Shown in pieces: positions 45,701-60,700 of a DNA stretch of 64,000 bases (its first letter is position 1; the number at the start of each line of letters is the position of its first letter). Position numbers and translations under genes: made by a program. The notes under the pieces were generated by a model. That model was not told where the DNA came from. It did no database searches and saw nothing but the letters and a program-made list of their open reading frames with translations. Where the stretch lies: positions 31,744,001 through 31,808,000 of the forward strand of contig OZ116702.1 in the NCBI GenBank assembly GCA_964199315.1. The letters run 5' to 3'. Origin of the DNA: Orbicella franksi (taxonomy: Eukaryota).

Positions 45701-48700
45701 GTAAAAGAATATTTGACAAGTTAGTTACACAACAAGAGAGTAGCAGACAATGATTCATTTATATTTATAGTTAACAGCTTACGGCTGAAAGAAAGAGCTA
45801 TTCAATTGTCCCCCGGTTTGCATGTAGCTGCATTAACTTACTTGTATTCACTTTGATCAAGTTCTGATTTATTTTTAAGTCGTGCCGGTTTTTCAGTGTT
45901 TGGCCTCTCAATGGAACTTCACACAATTCAGTGTCGTGTTTCACATTAGCACAATCAATCAATCTTTATGCACAGGCACAGACATGTGCATTAAAACTAA
46001 TCTAGCCAGACACATGAATTAAAATAGCTCTCATTCCTTATGTTTACTTGCAATTCAAGAGAAAGACTTTGTGTCAAGTTGCAACTTTGTTCGGTCAGCG
46101 GTCTCCAGAACTCACCGATGCCCCAGCATTTCCTTGCGAGCCCTGAGGGCCTTTTTCGCCACGTTCTCCCTGAAACAAGAAGCACACTGTTAATATTGTA
46201 AAAAGGACAACACGACGCTTTACAGATAGAAATAAGAAGCTTGAAGAAGCTAGAAACTTGCTTTTGAAGTCTGATCTAATCATTTTTGTTCGAAAGACGT
46301 GAAAAAGATAAGTCCGTGGTTTGTGTAATTACCTGATGACATCACCCGTTAATTTAAGCTACAATGCCTCAAAAAAATTTTTGTCAGCCTTGCAAAAATA
46401 CTCAGTTAGCAGGGTTGTCATGAAATAGGTGGCTGATTTTGCCACCTTTGTTTTAAGATAACAAAATCAGCTATGCTAAACATTCACTATCCTGTTACAG
46501 GAGTTCATCTGAATCCTGAGTTGATCTCTTTATTTTAACTCATTAACTCAAGCTGCAGAAAAACTCACAGGTGTTCCATCCACTCCATTCTCTCCAGGTT
46601 TTCCCTTTTCACCTTTTACACCCTATAAATAACAATAACAACACATCTGAGCTATCGTCCAAGCAATGGTAATATTCATCTATAAATGAAGAGGAGAACT
46701 TACAACCTAAAAAAACTGTAACCATAAGAAACCTGTAACAGGCGACAATATTGATCCTTTTGTTTTTGGCAGATGACGCCTATTTCAACCCTTTCCTCTG
46801 AAATCAATGTTGTATTTCACTTAGTAAGATCTTTCCCCCAATCTCAAAACACTGGATGAGCGGGGAGGTGTTGGGGGGGGGGGGGGGGTGGGGGCGCTAT
46901 TGCAGTATGTTGTAGTAAAAAGTTAGTGAAAATATCTGCCTCTTCAGTAAGGCAGCATGGTGACGTTGCTTTTTGATCCTTTGATGTCGGCTCTTCCTAT
47001 CATTGCAAAGTAGAATTCGACAAGAGATGGATTGTTGACCAATCAGTAGGGAACAAGAGCTGGGTTTAGACCGTGATAAGACAGGTTATAGCTTTATTTC
47101 AAAGATGGCCTGTGACTCGGACATAAGTACATGTAGCTGCACAGAAAAATGACCAGTGAGTGTCAATGGACCAGACTTTTACATCATCAGCTGACAAACA
47201 TATTTCCCTTAATTCTGAAGATGACTTCGATTTAAGATTATTTCTACTTTTATATCTATGTTCATGCCATTATTCCTAATTTTAAACTTCTACATTGTTG
47301 TTAACCTCACCGGTTCGCCTTGAGGACCTCTCTCTCCTTGTGGTCCGACAGAGCCCTGTCAGAAAATTAATGATATCGATTAACATCAATCAATTATAAC
47401 ATCCCCACGTTACTGTGGAGAATACTCCAAATAAGGTTAACTTAGTTCCAAAACTTTGTTAATTCAAGTCCTCTTTCCTCCTTGACACAACAAAATCTTT
47501 TAACTCAGTACCTTGGCTCACCATGCATGGGATCAACAAATGCTTTTCATTTAGCTATTCATGCATTTTCTGGTGCCATGCTTTCTCCTATAGCTTAACT
47601 CACTACTACATTCACTTTATCAACACAAACAACCCACAGTCCGCAACTTTGCTAACACTCAAAACGTCAGCTTTGCAAACCCATTATGGCGTTTAGTTTA
47701 CATTTTACCAGTTCAAGTTGATAAATACTGGTAGTCAACCCAACAGTGTCTTAACAAACTAATACTGTTTTACTTCATGGAATGTCAATTTTGCACTTTA
47801 ATTAAGTGCATATGACAGTAACATTTATCACCACGCCTCTAAATTCTGAATTCTGTCCTAATGGAGGGGTAAGAAAAAAAACATTTTTCTTTATGGGATA
47901 TTTTTCACCTCGAATAATTTTCTTACAAAGTTGAACTCATCAGTTGTATTTTGACTCTTCCTTCAGGCTCACTGAACTATTGCAAGACTCTTAAAAGTTC
48001 TTTAAATATACTGAGAGTAATATTTAAGACATACAATTGATAATACTCGATACTTTTATCAAAGTTAAGAACAAAAAAAATTCATCACTAACAGGGTCTC
48101 CAGGGATGCCATCTTGTCCTCGCTCTCCAGGCGGGCCCTACAGGAAAAGCAACAACAAAAAAATACTTTGGCCTTAACTTGGTGCAGAAGACACAGTTGA
48201 TGTAAAACAATAGAGAACAAAAGGACAAAAGAATGAAAACAATAGGTTTGTGGAGCGGTGTTCCTGACACAACAACTACGCTACACTGTTTAAGCACTGA
48301 ACTTGTTTTGATCAGGGCCAGGTTGTTCAAAGCCCGATTAAGCTAACCCAGGATTAGCGAGAATTTTGGTTCCATTTTGTAACTTTTTGGTGAGGTTTTC
48401 TGTTTGTATTGTTTTTCCTTCAGTTTTGAGCTTGAGTAATCTCAAACTATACAAAATATAAGCAGTGGAAAACATTTTTATAGAAGAAAAATTCATACTT
48501 GGGTTAACTTTTAATCCTTGGTTAGGGTTAACCGGCTTTCGAACAACCCGGCCCAGTAGCATAAATCAGATTACACACTTAATGTTGTTGTAGTTGGTTC
48601 AAACAGTGTTAACTCCATGATCACTCTTTATAAAAACACTGTGGAGGCTGCGTGGCTGAGTTGTTAGGGTGTCTGGATGTCATGGGTTCAAGTCCTGCAC

Positions 48701-51700
48701 TGGCCAATTAGCTGAAGTTGTTTCTCGGTTGACCCTAGATCAACTCCTCAATCATGCTTGTAAATAGCCAACTGGTCTGCCTCACAGCCGCCAGCTGGGA
48801 TTTTTAAGCATATTATGTTCATTTGAAATATTTGTTTCTTTCAGATTAAGTGGCATGCCTGTGAACTAGCTAGATGTAGCAAAGCACATTGACCACTATG
48901 AACAACAACATTTGAACATTTGAATTTTTCTTTTTTGAACAAATAACAAAGTAAGGATGGTTGAAACCAGAGTAAAATAAAGTGATGTGCTAATCAAATG
49001 TTCTCTCTACAAACAAGCTGGGGCAAGTATTCCTCTTTACAAGATTCAGATGATTTTGACATTACCGACTTTCCATCTGGTCCAGGGGCACCAGCCGCGC
49101 CAGGTTCACCTTGGGCTCCCTGTGTAAATGAAGCAGCTTGTCAGTTTTATCACAGTTTGAGACAAACAGTCCACCAGGGCTTAAACATTAATACAAAGAA
49201 TTTCTACACCTCTGCAGTCAGTATATGGCTAGAAAGTGGGTATAAAATGCACATCTTGCAGACATGCATTTTAGAAAATAAATGTAAATGCTTAGTTTAT
49301 GTCACAGACATTTATAAACCTGTCTGCTCTAGTATCATTCAGTGAATGAGGCTCACTTAAGATATGTGGAACTTCTACAGAAATGTTCGTTACTAATATC
49401 TTTATGCAAGCCTAAAGTTCTGATGATGGGTTGGTAATAAAGTCAAATCTAAGCTTTCATTACACATTACACAAAATGATCTCTGACCCTTGAACTGGGA
49501 ATGAATGGTTAAAACAGTTACTTACCATTAGTCCTGAAGGACCAACTGGGCCTGGAAAACCTCGCAGACCAGGAGCACCCTAACACACACACACGAAAAA
49601 ATGAATATATTATTCCTTCACAACTCAGGCTGCTAATTTGTTTGCGTCTAAATACACACACTTCTGTCAGCACAGCATACTCACATCAGCTCCAGGTGTC
49701 CCAGTTTCTCCTCGGTCTCCAAAATCACCATGGGCCCCCTGTGGTGTAATGTAAAGACTTCTGGTCAGGAAGTTGACAGAACAAATGATAGTTTTAAAGG
49801 CCATGTACTAAGTTGCAAGTACATTGCCCTTAAATAAAACCTAATATAGATCTAAGTTGTAGGGTATAGGGGCACTGTCCTCTCATCTTTAGTGCACTTG
49901 ACTCTGATTCAAACAGTCCAAGTTCGAACCCTGGCTGAGGACACAGTTTCATGTTCTTGGGCAAGACTCTCTTTTCACCATTACTGTCTCTTTCCACCCA
50001 GGTGTATAAATGGGTAGTGGCAAATTTAATGCTGGGGGTAACCCCGTGACACACTAGCATCCCATCCAGCAGGGAGTGGAAATACACCTTGTTGCTTCAT
50101 TCTACAGAAACAGAGATAAGTGCCAGCCCGATGGGCCACTTAAACATGTATGCAGACTTTACCTTACTTAGTTGTAGGAGGGAAAGGGCCTAATGGCATA
50201 GTATATGTTGGCTTCCTGGGTTTGAGCCTTGGCTGTGATCACTGTGTTGTGAAATCACTCTCACAGTACACAAAGGGCAAGGTCTGAAAGCAAAATCCTG
50301 GAGGAAGGGGAGGGAGCCCTACTCCTGGTCACTTCGTGTGAAAGGTTGTACATGTAGCTGGCCAGACTATGTGTGCAAACATGACGTATGGTTCATACCT
50401 GAGGGCCTTTAGGTCCAACTGCACCAGAAGCTCCTGCCTTTCCAGGTGCACCCTACAAAAATACACAAATCAGTAGTTTGGTTCAGTAATTACAAGCAGT
50501 TTACAATGGAAAAAGCAATGGAAACTGCGTAACAACACCCCTCTAATACACACCTGTTCTCCTTTCTTGCCAGACATTCCCATGCCACCATTGGGTCCAG
50601 GAGGGCCCTGTTGCACAAAACATTCATCATATAAGTATTACTCTGACTATCCACAAACCAATAATTTATTATGCAAAATAAGTGTTATTATCAGTTAAAG
50701 AACAAGGTAATCGAGAAATTTGCCCTCAGTTACATGCTTTTGTACTGGATTTTATTCCTCGATTTCAAACTCCAACATAAATAGGAAATGGAGAGATAGA
50801 AGACGTTTGCACACAGACTACAATCAGGACAAAAGTACATGTACACTGTAGTTGCCCGAAAACAAACCTTCTCATCAACCCTCCTCATATTCCCCCTCCC
50901 CCTTTACAATGATATAACCATGTGTTGTTCAGTATCGCCAAAGCCTGTTTCACGATTGATTGGGGGAGGGGGTGAGAGTGGCTATTAATGAAAAAGGTGT
51001 TCTTTTTTCTATAAAGGGAAGTACAGATCTCTGTTTGAAAAGGTCCCATTTGAAAAAATATCTCAACACGTTTGTCCCTGATTTTCTACAATGCCTCTGA
51101 GAACTGGGGAAGGATAATAGAAATCAGGAAATTAAAGGGGAGACATAATGCCTCAGAAGAGAACTTTTAAAATTATAGGATTGAATTGTCTGTTAAAATG
51201 TACTGCCTTTCATTTCTAAAAGGATTTGGGACTTTTCGATTATTTCTGTCTATTAGTTCTTAGTATATATCTACTAGCATTCTATGACAAATGACATTCT
51301 CTGATTGGCTACACTACTCACTATCTGTTCTGTTGTAGATAGTGGGTAGCGTAGTAGTGTGCGCTTCTTAACCAAATGACGGCAACTTCTTTGCATTTTC
51401 GCCGTCTCTGTGAAGAGGATTTACATGTAGATAAAGTTTTGAATGACCAGTAGATTTATACTAAAACAATAAGGTTATTCGCTCACAATTTCAATTAGTG
51501 AACGTCGACTTTGGCTGCAACCTCATCAATTATCATGTCATAGAAATTTTGAGCTCATAATCTAATAATTATTGTTTGTTAGAACGGAAAGGTACTTGTA
51601 AAATATAACAAGAAGTGATACGAACCGGTGGTCCAACTTTACCCGGTTCACCATCCTTTCCGGCAGCACCCTGTGAAAGAATAGGAAAAATAGATGAGCA

Positions 51701-54700
51701 ATAGTAACTACACTTATTAACTGAGAGTGCAAGGTCTTTACAGGAAAATCTCACACTGAGACCTTGTGGTATTGACCGAGCAATAGCGAGTTGTATTTTA
51801 TGCTTGTATTTTTAGTTGTATTTTAGTACATGTTTCAGTGTCATAACAGGCAAGTTTGGTCAAGCCATGGAGAGTATTTTGGCGAAAACGTAGTCAAGCC
51901 AAACTACTTCTGTTGAGTTATAGTGAAGAGCATCCTTTGAAGTAACTGACAACAAATAGCACCAAGACAATGCAACATTCTTCCATCCAAGATAATCACT
52001 AATAAACAGCAATTCGGCACCAGTTTTGGAAAATAAACTTACAACTTTCCTTTTCCAAAAAGTATTTTAATTTATAACTGTTTCCAGAGAATTTTTTTTG
52101 ATTTGCAGGTTAATTGCTATTGTTTTTTCTGTTAATGTATCATAACTTTCAATCCAAAATTAAAGACCTGTGTTTCTACACCCTCTAGGAAACTAGTGCT
52201 ATAGAAATGTTTTAATAGCACTTTGATTAAGAACTATGATACACCACTATAACTTTGTAAAGCAAACCCTTCAGGTGACTTCCTGGCTTCTCACTCATTC
52301 AAAAAGGGCATTTTGCTTGTAGCAAGTTTAAAAACTTTCACGTCATATGATCTGCATGTCATGGACAAGACAAACCCAGGAAACTGGTCAAAAAATTTGT
52401 TTCAGGTGTCCTCAATTGCAATTGATGATCCACAAGGCCTTGGAATAGACAAGAGTAGAAATGAGTTGCTAACCTTCTCGCCATCTCGTCCGTCAGATCC
52501 GGGATCACCAGGTGCTCCGGGGGCTCCCTGTTCACAAACAGGAAAAACAAGTTTCAGAACTACAAGCCACATTCTTATTAAGTATTTGAGTTACAAAGTC
52601 TCAGAAAGACAATCACCAAAACTTTCCAGACCTTTAAAAATAGCACTTAACATGATACAACAATTGTACCCTTAGACACCCATTGTGGCCCTATGAAAAC
52701 AGCCACCATAGGCCTGCAATGTTGGTCGCGAGTTATGGTAGCTGCAGGCTTTTTCATGCATTGCAACCTTTGAAAATTGGCCAGGATGAGCATGTACACG
52801 TGCAGTTAGTGTGCAAGAGATGGCCCTTTGCACGCATTGTGAACCCTTACAAAGGTCATCATAGGCCTGCAATGAGTGCACAGAGCAAGTAAGAAATGGC
52901 CCTTTGCATGCATTGCAGACCGTTTACAAAGGTCATCATAGGCCTGCAATGGGGGTAGAAAGCAAGTAAGAGATGGTCCTTTGCATGTATTGCAGACCCT
53001 TTATAAAGGTCATCATAGGCCTGCAATGAGTGCAGAGAGGAAGTAAGAGATAGCCCTTTGCATGCAATGCGGCCCTTGATATGGGGTCCGCAGTTTGTGC
53101 AGAGAACAATGTGAACTGAAGCCCTTGACACATATTGCAGGCCAAAGACACCTGCCATTAATTAAAGTGACATTTTGACACTCACCCTTGGACCAAATAA
53201 ACCATCTTCGCCTGGAACACCATCAGGACCCTGTAATAATAATACGCATAAACACAGTTTGAAATGAACTGCTTGCACTTGAATAGTGAGCAAGACACTT
53301 GGAGAGAGAGCTGTGTGTTTATTCCAAAGTACAGTTGGACCCCGCTAATTTGAACTCAGTTATTTCAAATTCTCTGTTATTTCAAATTCAAAACCATTTC
53401 CCTTGGGTTTGCCCTTCAGTCATCTACCATTGACTATTTCAAACTCCTGCTATTTCGCACTTTTTTTTTTGTTTCCCCCAAGAGTTTGCAATAGCAGGAT
53501 TCAACTGTATTTATAGCAGCCAAGATGACATTGCTGATGAATGTTTGGAATTTAAACTCATTTGGCTGCAGTCCTTGCCTTGGTTGGACAATATTTGAAT
53601 TCCCCAAACTTGCCATTAATGGCAGGAGACAAAACAACAAACTAATCTTAATACAAATATCAGAGTGGAAGAATCAATAATATTAGTACAAGTGCTAGAA
53701 ATGAGTAAATACACAAAACAGATAAAAACATGTCAAAATCATGAATACCCTACCCGTTCTCCCTTTTGTCCATCTTGGCCACTGGCTCCTGGTTCTCCTG
53801 AAGCACCCTGTTCAAATTAAGATTTTTGTTACAGATGGCTAGGACACACCTTGTTCTCTCGCATAGCAGCCTCAGTAAACACCAGGGGTCTCTCGTCACA
53901 TGATTAGTATAACCAAAATGCATGAAAAACTATAGATTACAAAAGAAAACTAGAAAACTGGAGGATGAAAGATTACAACAGAATAATTCCAACTGAAGAT
54001 AAAGTAATTCTGGCAGATTCACTGGTATTAAGACCAACTTTAAAGAGATAACTCTATCATGTTAATTCAACTCTGTCATTTAAATTTGCTTGTTTCTATA
54101 GTGTTTTCGTTCCTTATTTAAGTTTGTTTTCTAGTGTTTTGAAAACCTGTAACCGTCATTGCTGTATTAGCTACATTATAAGTTCAAATACAACCTGTAA
54201 ACTTTCATTCAACAACCAAAACCTGTCTCGTTACATTAACATCAAATTTGCTAAACTCTTTCTTCAAGTCACAGCCAGTCTGCTTCTATCCAGATCATAC
54301 ATGCTTTTATCCAGATCCTATTTTAAAACCACTTTTTTTCTATGACCACCTTGTCATCATACGATAGCTACTTCAATCTCTCCCACACATTCCCTCAGTC
54401 AGTTGTTCTCTTGATTGAAGATTCTCTTTAGTTCAACCATCCTGTTAATGCAGTACCACTGGGTTTTGGTGACCTACTAATGGTTGAATTAAGAGATTTC
54501 CACTGTGCAGTGGAACTTATTTATCTTTAAATGTGTCTCAAACAACATTACATTTCTAAGGATTTACACAGTGCTGTGGAATTGATCTAGTTTTAACGTA
54601 CATCTTGGCCAGGAAGTCCTGCAGCTCCAGCAGCTCCTGGGGGACCACGCTCACCCTAACGACAAACAACAAAATGCAGTGTAAAAAGTGTTGCTTAAGT

Positions 54701-57700
54701 CAAACAAAATCACATCCATTTTTTGTACCCTCATGTAAAATAAACATTTCTCAAACTCATTAATTAAGTCATCAGGGTTTCATCAAAGGGAATCATGACC
54801 ACGACAGTGTTTGGATATCTGATCTTAATTAGAATAAATTTTTACGATATAATTTCTCCTTTTTTTCCCATAGTTTAAGGTTTCATTGAAAAGATAATTT
54901 TTATCTAACACTCCAGACAGTGTTTGACCACATTTCTAAACACCTCGAAGTTCATCAAACATACTCCACAACATGACGCCTTTTCAACTTTCTTCTCGGT
55001 GTTAAGAAATGCAGGAAACATGGTCCAGTTCGTCAAAAATACCCTGGTATCAGTTTTATTCTCAACTCTTTTCTCAGTGTTTGGGAATGTGGTCAAACAC
55101 AGCCTTTCGTGTTTGATGTATCACTAAACCGTTTCTTTAAACAAAGACAACATGTTGTACCAGGCATATCTGTTGTCTGACTGTTTTTTTTTTTTTTTGT
55201 TAATCACTTTTACTAAAACAATTTGCCATTCAAAACAAAAATAACCCAGCGAAATAGGCCATTTCCGACTTGCCTTTTGCACACAAGTTCATTTCCATGC
55301 AAATCAAGAATACTTTCATATGAAAGGTTTTGCATGAAGACTTGTTTTGAAAAAGAGGCACAAGGTAGCTTGGAGATGGCCTACTGAACTTGCTATTTCC
55401 AACTCCCCAATATTCATGTGAGGGCCACTGGTTTTTCAGTGTGCTAGTACCCTCAATAAATAAAATTGGTTATTTATTATTATTTATTATTTTAAACTCT
55501 AAGCCATATCCCCAAGAGTTGTTCTGTTTTTGCACTCATTTACCACCAGCTATTTCAAATTCAGTTTATTTCAAAAACCCCTCGCTATTTTGAAATGATT
55601 TTCATTTGTTTCCCTTAACCAAAAATTAACCCCGTTTATTTCACTTCACTCCATTGATGGACTGTGTAAGATCTGATACAGCTAGCCAGAACACCACAAT
55701 TTCACCTTTTCTGATCACAAGAATCTACTTTTGTACAACACTGTATAGTTAAATTTATCTTTAGGTGTTCTCTCAGGACTAGCCCATGGATCAGTAAAAA
55801 ATTGCAGGCATCCTTTAACAATAAAATTGCAAACTGTATAGCTGGGCTTCTTGCAAGCAAACTCTTTTATTTCTCCTCACCGGAGGTCCTTGTTCACCAG
55901 ATGCTCCCAAGGCTCCTGGCTTGCCGCGACTTCCCTGGAAAAAAATGTTATGATTGAATGTAATATAATTGTAGCTTCAATTTTAGAAAGCTAAAATATT
56001 GAAATCTTCGTTCACATGCACAACACACAATCTTGAACAAAACCAACATTTCAACCTCTATGTTCTCTACATAAGAAGTGAGATGAGCAGAGATATTATA
56101 TCCCCATCCCCCAATAAAATTGCTTCCTACTGTCACGTGAGCATTTCCAACCCATATTTGAATTTTTCCCAGGATTTCCAAGGGAGTTTTAAGGTGGCTG
56201 CAGGAAACAATTTCCAGCACTTTCAGCAGTTATACTTTCACAGATCAATAGTACAACTCCTTATCAACTGATATTACAAATATTGATATCATTGGAATGC
56301 CCAATCATTGGTGAACAAGTTGTAGTCATCATCATGGCATAATAGGTTACCATTACAGCTACAATACAACCCGTTAAAAACACCCTTAACTTTACCTTTG
56401 AGTTGTATATTTAAGACATCCAAGATAAATAACAGAACACGACACTTTATTGAACAGGAACGTACAGTACATGTATGTGTTTAATTGGTGTGTAACACAG
56501 AGATCATTCAACAAATGTGACTCACTTGCCGTCCTGGGGGACCTCGTGGCCCTGGTTCACCCTGGGGGCCTGTATCACCCTAAAAAGTGGAATTAACAAG
56601 CATATGTCATCATCATCATCATTGTCATCATCATCATCAATATCATTGCAACACAGTGACACGAGACCACTAGTGTAAGTTAAATATTTTGCTCCAATTA
56701 CAAAATAGTACATGTACATGTAGCACCAGAGTGGAGTTGTTACCAGCTCACTGCCAACTGATTAGTCAGTGTCACAGAGTTTTCTCCATTATCATAGCAT
56801 GGTTCTAGGCTTGAGCTAGTTGCCTCCACCCTGCCCTCTCCCAACAATATCGAAAACGTTTGCCTGACGCCAACAAATATTTCTCACTCCATTGTGCACA
56901 TGCCCTTTATAAGGTCTTGCTGTTTGTTGGTTCAGACACGTTTACTTTTAAACTTTTCATGTAAAATTGTCCAGAATCGCAGTTTCTACTGCTTGAATCT
57001 TGTTACATGGTGTAACCTTTCAGAGGATCTGTTAACAGATCTTTGTGATCAATCTACGACACATGAACACTATACCTACCCTTTCGCCACTCTCACCAGG
57101 AAGGCCGGGAGGGCCTGATGATCCAGTCTCACCCTAAATAATAAAAAAATAATTTTTAATTAAGTTAATGGACTTAGAAATGGCAATAGTTTGATAGGAA
57201 TCTTACTCCTGCCACTTGTACTACTACATGAATATGCAGCTATAGACAAGGATAAAATGAGTTTCCCTTTGCTATGCATGTGAGTATTAATGTTATTGTT
57301 TGAAGTCACGATCAAGCAAGTTGACAAAACTAGGGGACTGCACTGCAACATCACATTTGCAAGTGTGGAGAGGAGCTGTTATCAGTAGTTATAGGGATAG
57401 CATTGCAACTGATAATATCAAGTGTCAATACTATGGTCAGGAGCTTGCTACAGCTATACTCTCGCTGAAGTTGTACTTAACATCTATAAACATTTGAGGA
57501 GATGTCTCAAAACATTATCCTTTTATACATGTATACCTGGGCTCCTGGTGGCCCAAAGGCTCCATCTTCACCAGGATTGCCCTGTAGTAATTAAAAAAAC
57601 AACTTGTAAAAATGAATGAATTTCATAGAACATGAAAAGCAGTTTTCACTTGAGCGTTGAAAGCAATTAGATAGTAGAGCAATATTTTCACTTGAGTGTT

Positions 57701-60700
57701 GAAAGTAACGCACAATTAAAGCAGTTTTCATTAGTGAGTGTTGGAAGTATAACTCTCAAGTAGAGCAGGTTTCACTTGAGTGATAAAACTACTGCTGTTA
57801 CATGTAAATTGTGCATTTGTTTCGCCATTTTGCTGGCTCAAGGAAGGGACACATAAACATACAATAATACAGTCTTTTATGGAGGAGCTGGGGAATACAT
57901 CCATGATTGAAGACAACAACATGGACCTGTAAGTCAAGGGTTTACATGTTTCACTAGCAGGAATTACACGTAGTTACCCTACACAAAGCAGTTAGTTTTA
58001 TAGAGCCGCACTTACTGTTACAGCCATACTGGAGAATAACGAGAGAGCGAGCTCGTGGGACTGTACAGGAGAATATCAACCATATACATTGTAAATCTCA
58101 CTGCACTTAATCCATTCATTGTACAATCCTGACCTACGGTGGATAATCTATCAGGACAGTGCTCACACTTGTTTAATAACATTTTACATATTAACATTAT
58201 TGTTTGCTGTCATACCGGTTTTCCTGGGGCGCCTGGTAATCCCTGTGGTCCAGTCGGTCCAGGATCACCCTAAATTACAAAAAAATAGCAAACATATTAT
58301 GTCAGAATTGTTGGTGGAGAGATTTTCCACTGTAAATGACAGTTGAAAGACAATTATAATATTCTTATAAATTTCTTTGTTGTTCCTGCTTTACCTGTGC
58401 TCCTTTCTGCCCTTCCTCGCCATCTTGACCAGCAGCACCCTACAAGAGATGAGCGATGAGTTATCACTTCATGGAAATTTTTCATGTTAAAAGTTCCCTG
58501 GATATCGCTCATTAGTGGCTTGACACTTAAATAAACCTATCCATGTTTGTTTTGTGTACCACTTAAAAAATGTGTAGTTCCAGAAAATATTCATACCTCC
58601 CCCATGGAAGGGATTTTTCTAAGACCCCCCCCCCCCCACCCCTCTGGAAATTCCAATAAAGCTTCACACATTTCTTTATAAATAAATTTTTTGGTCTTAC
58701 AGAACCCCCCATCCCCCTGAAAATTCCAATCCCTTCTGTAGGGAGAGTATGGATATTTTCTGGACCTGCACAATTGCAAAAGCTTTAAATTTATAACAAC
58801 AAAAAAGGGACGATGGTTAAAACCAGTTTAGCTGAATCCAGGTGGTAATAAATATATTAAATAGAGACCGTGAAAGGAAAGGGTGTGGCATTACTTACAT
58901 CAGTTCCTCTTTCTCCCTGGGGTCCCTGTGCACCTCGTCGTCCTGGTAAACCCTGAATATTAAAAAAAGTCAATTGTGAGCAACATGTTTTAAGACCAAC
59001 GTTATTACCAATGCAACTGACATAATTTTCAAAAATCTGCTGCATAAATTTAACCAAGTATCATTACAATAAGGATATTCGAACTGTGAACACTTGTACA
59101 TTTTTTTTTTACATTTTTTCACATGACCATAGAATAAAGCCTCTTCATATAATGTACATAATGTTAACATTTTTAAAGTGTAAAAACACTTAATACTCCT
59201 GTTAAAAGGAAGAGCCTGCATTCTATGGTCACTAAAACAATGTTCAAAAAATATCAAGTGCAATAAAATCAAATCAAATATCAAGTGCAATGAAATCTTA
59301 GTAGTGCAATAAAAATACAATAGTAAGAATAAAATATGCCTGTTATAAACACATGCAAGTGTTGATTTGCTATTCATTAAGTTAACAATTATATTGTCAA
59401 CTGACCTGTTTGCCCCTTTCTCCCTCGACACCTGGGTCACCTGTGGCTCCTTTTGCTCCAGGAAGACCGGGCACCCCAGGTGTTCCCTGGACACCTTGGG
59501 GCCCCTGTGCATAAAAAAAAAGATCAGTAGAATTATAATTGTTCCTAATAATCAATTGAACATGCCACAGGTCACCAAGAGTTGTTGGATTATGAATCTG
59601 GAGGTCCAGGGTTAACAACCAGTTGGGTTGTAATTTTGTACTCTTGAATGAGCAAGACACTTTTCTGTCTTAGTACTAAAAGTATACGTTAAACATTCAT
59701 TCATGACAAGTAGTTACAAATTTATGGTTATGTTGCCGGGAGAACTAACCAATAAAATACCCTAGCAAAACAATCCCAGGAATTCAAATAATATTTGAAT
59801 CATGCCTAAGCTTGTGGTTTTTGGAATTAACTGTATTACACTGTCAGCGGTCTAGCATATTACACTATGAATAATAAATTCCAAACAGATTGAATGGTGT
59901 AACATATAAAACTTGTGGACATTTAACAATTCAAATAATTATATTTAATAATATTAATGAGATGAGGCAAAATAATGATGAGAAATGATTTATTCACAAC
60001 TCATTTGTTATTAATATTGTTTCTCACAATTCTTCTCACCCCAATAGGGATCAAAAAACACTAAATTACCAAAATTTGCCCAATATTCATGAATACCCAT
60101 TATTTTTAAAACCATTCAATAAGTCATTTAATAACTCTTCTAAAATAATGTGAAAACTTTTTACTTACAGGTGCGCCAGCTGGACCGGCACTTCCACGGG
60201 ATCCAAGAGGTCCCTGAAAGAGGAATAATATTAATTTTATTAATTACAAACTAAGATAAAAAATAAATAAATTGGAATCCCACAGTAAGGCGTTTTGTCC
60301 AGTGCTTCCAGATTGAATTGCAAATTGGAGTGTTGGTTCTTTAATTTGTGAAGGGAGGAAAACCCGAGAGCTCAGTGGAAAACTCTAGGAGCAAGAAGAG
60401 AACCAACAACAAACTCAACTCATTTTATGATGTAGGGTCCAGGATTTAAACCAGGGCTTGAAAACAGTGCTGTCCCATTATCCTGGACAAGTAGATTTTC
60501 CTTCTGGGTAAGTAACTTTTCATTCTCACTTGCCCAATGGATGAGAGATCAAGCATCTGCCAACTAAATAATTGAAAGTGCAAAGTCTCACCCAGGGTAA
60601 GCAAAATTTGAGAGCTACTTGTCCCAAAGGTGAGCTAGAAATTTTAGTTTTTTTTAAGCCCTGTTAAACCCTGGTCACAATGGTGGGAGGCGAGCTTGCT

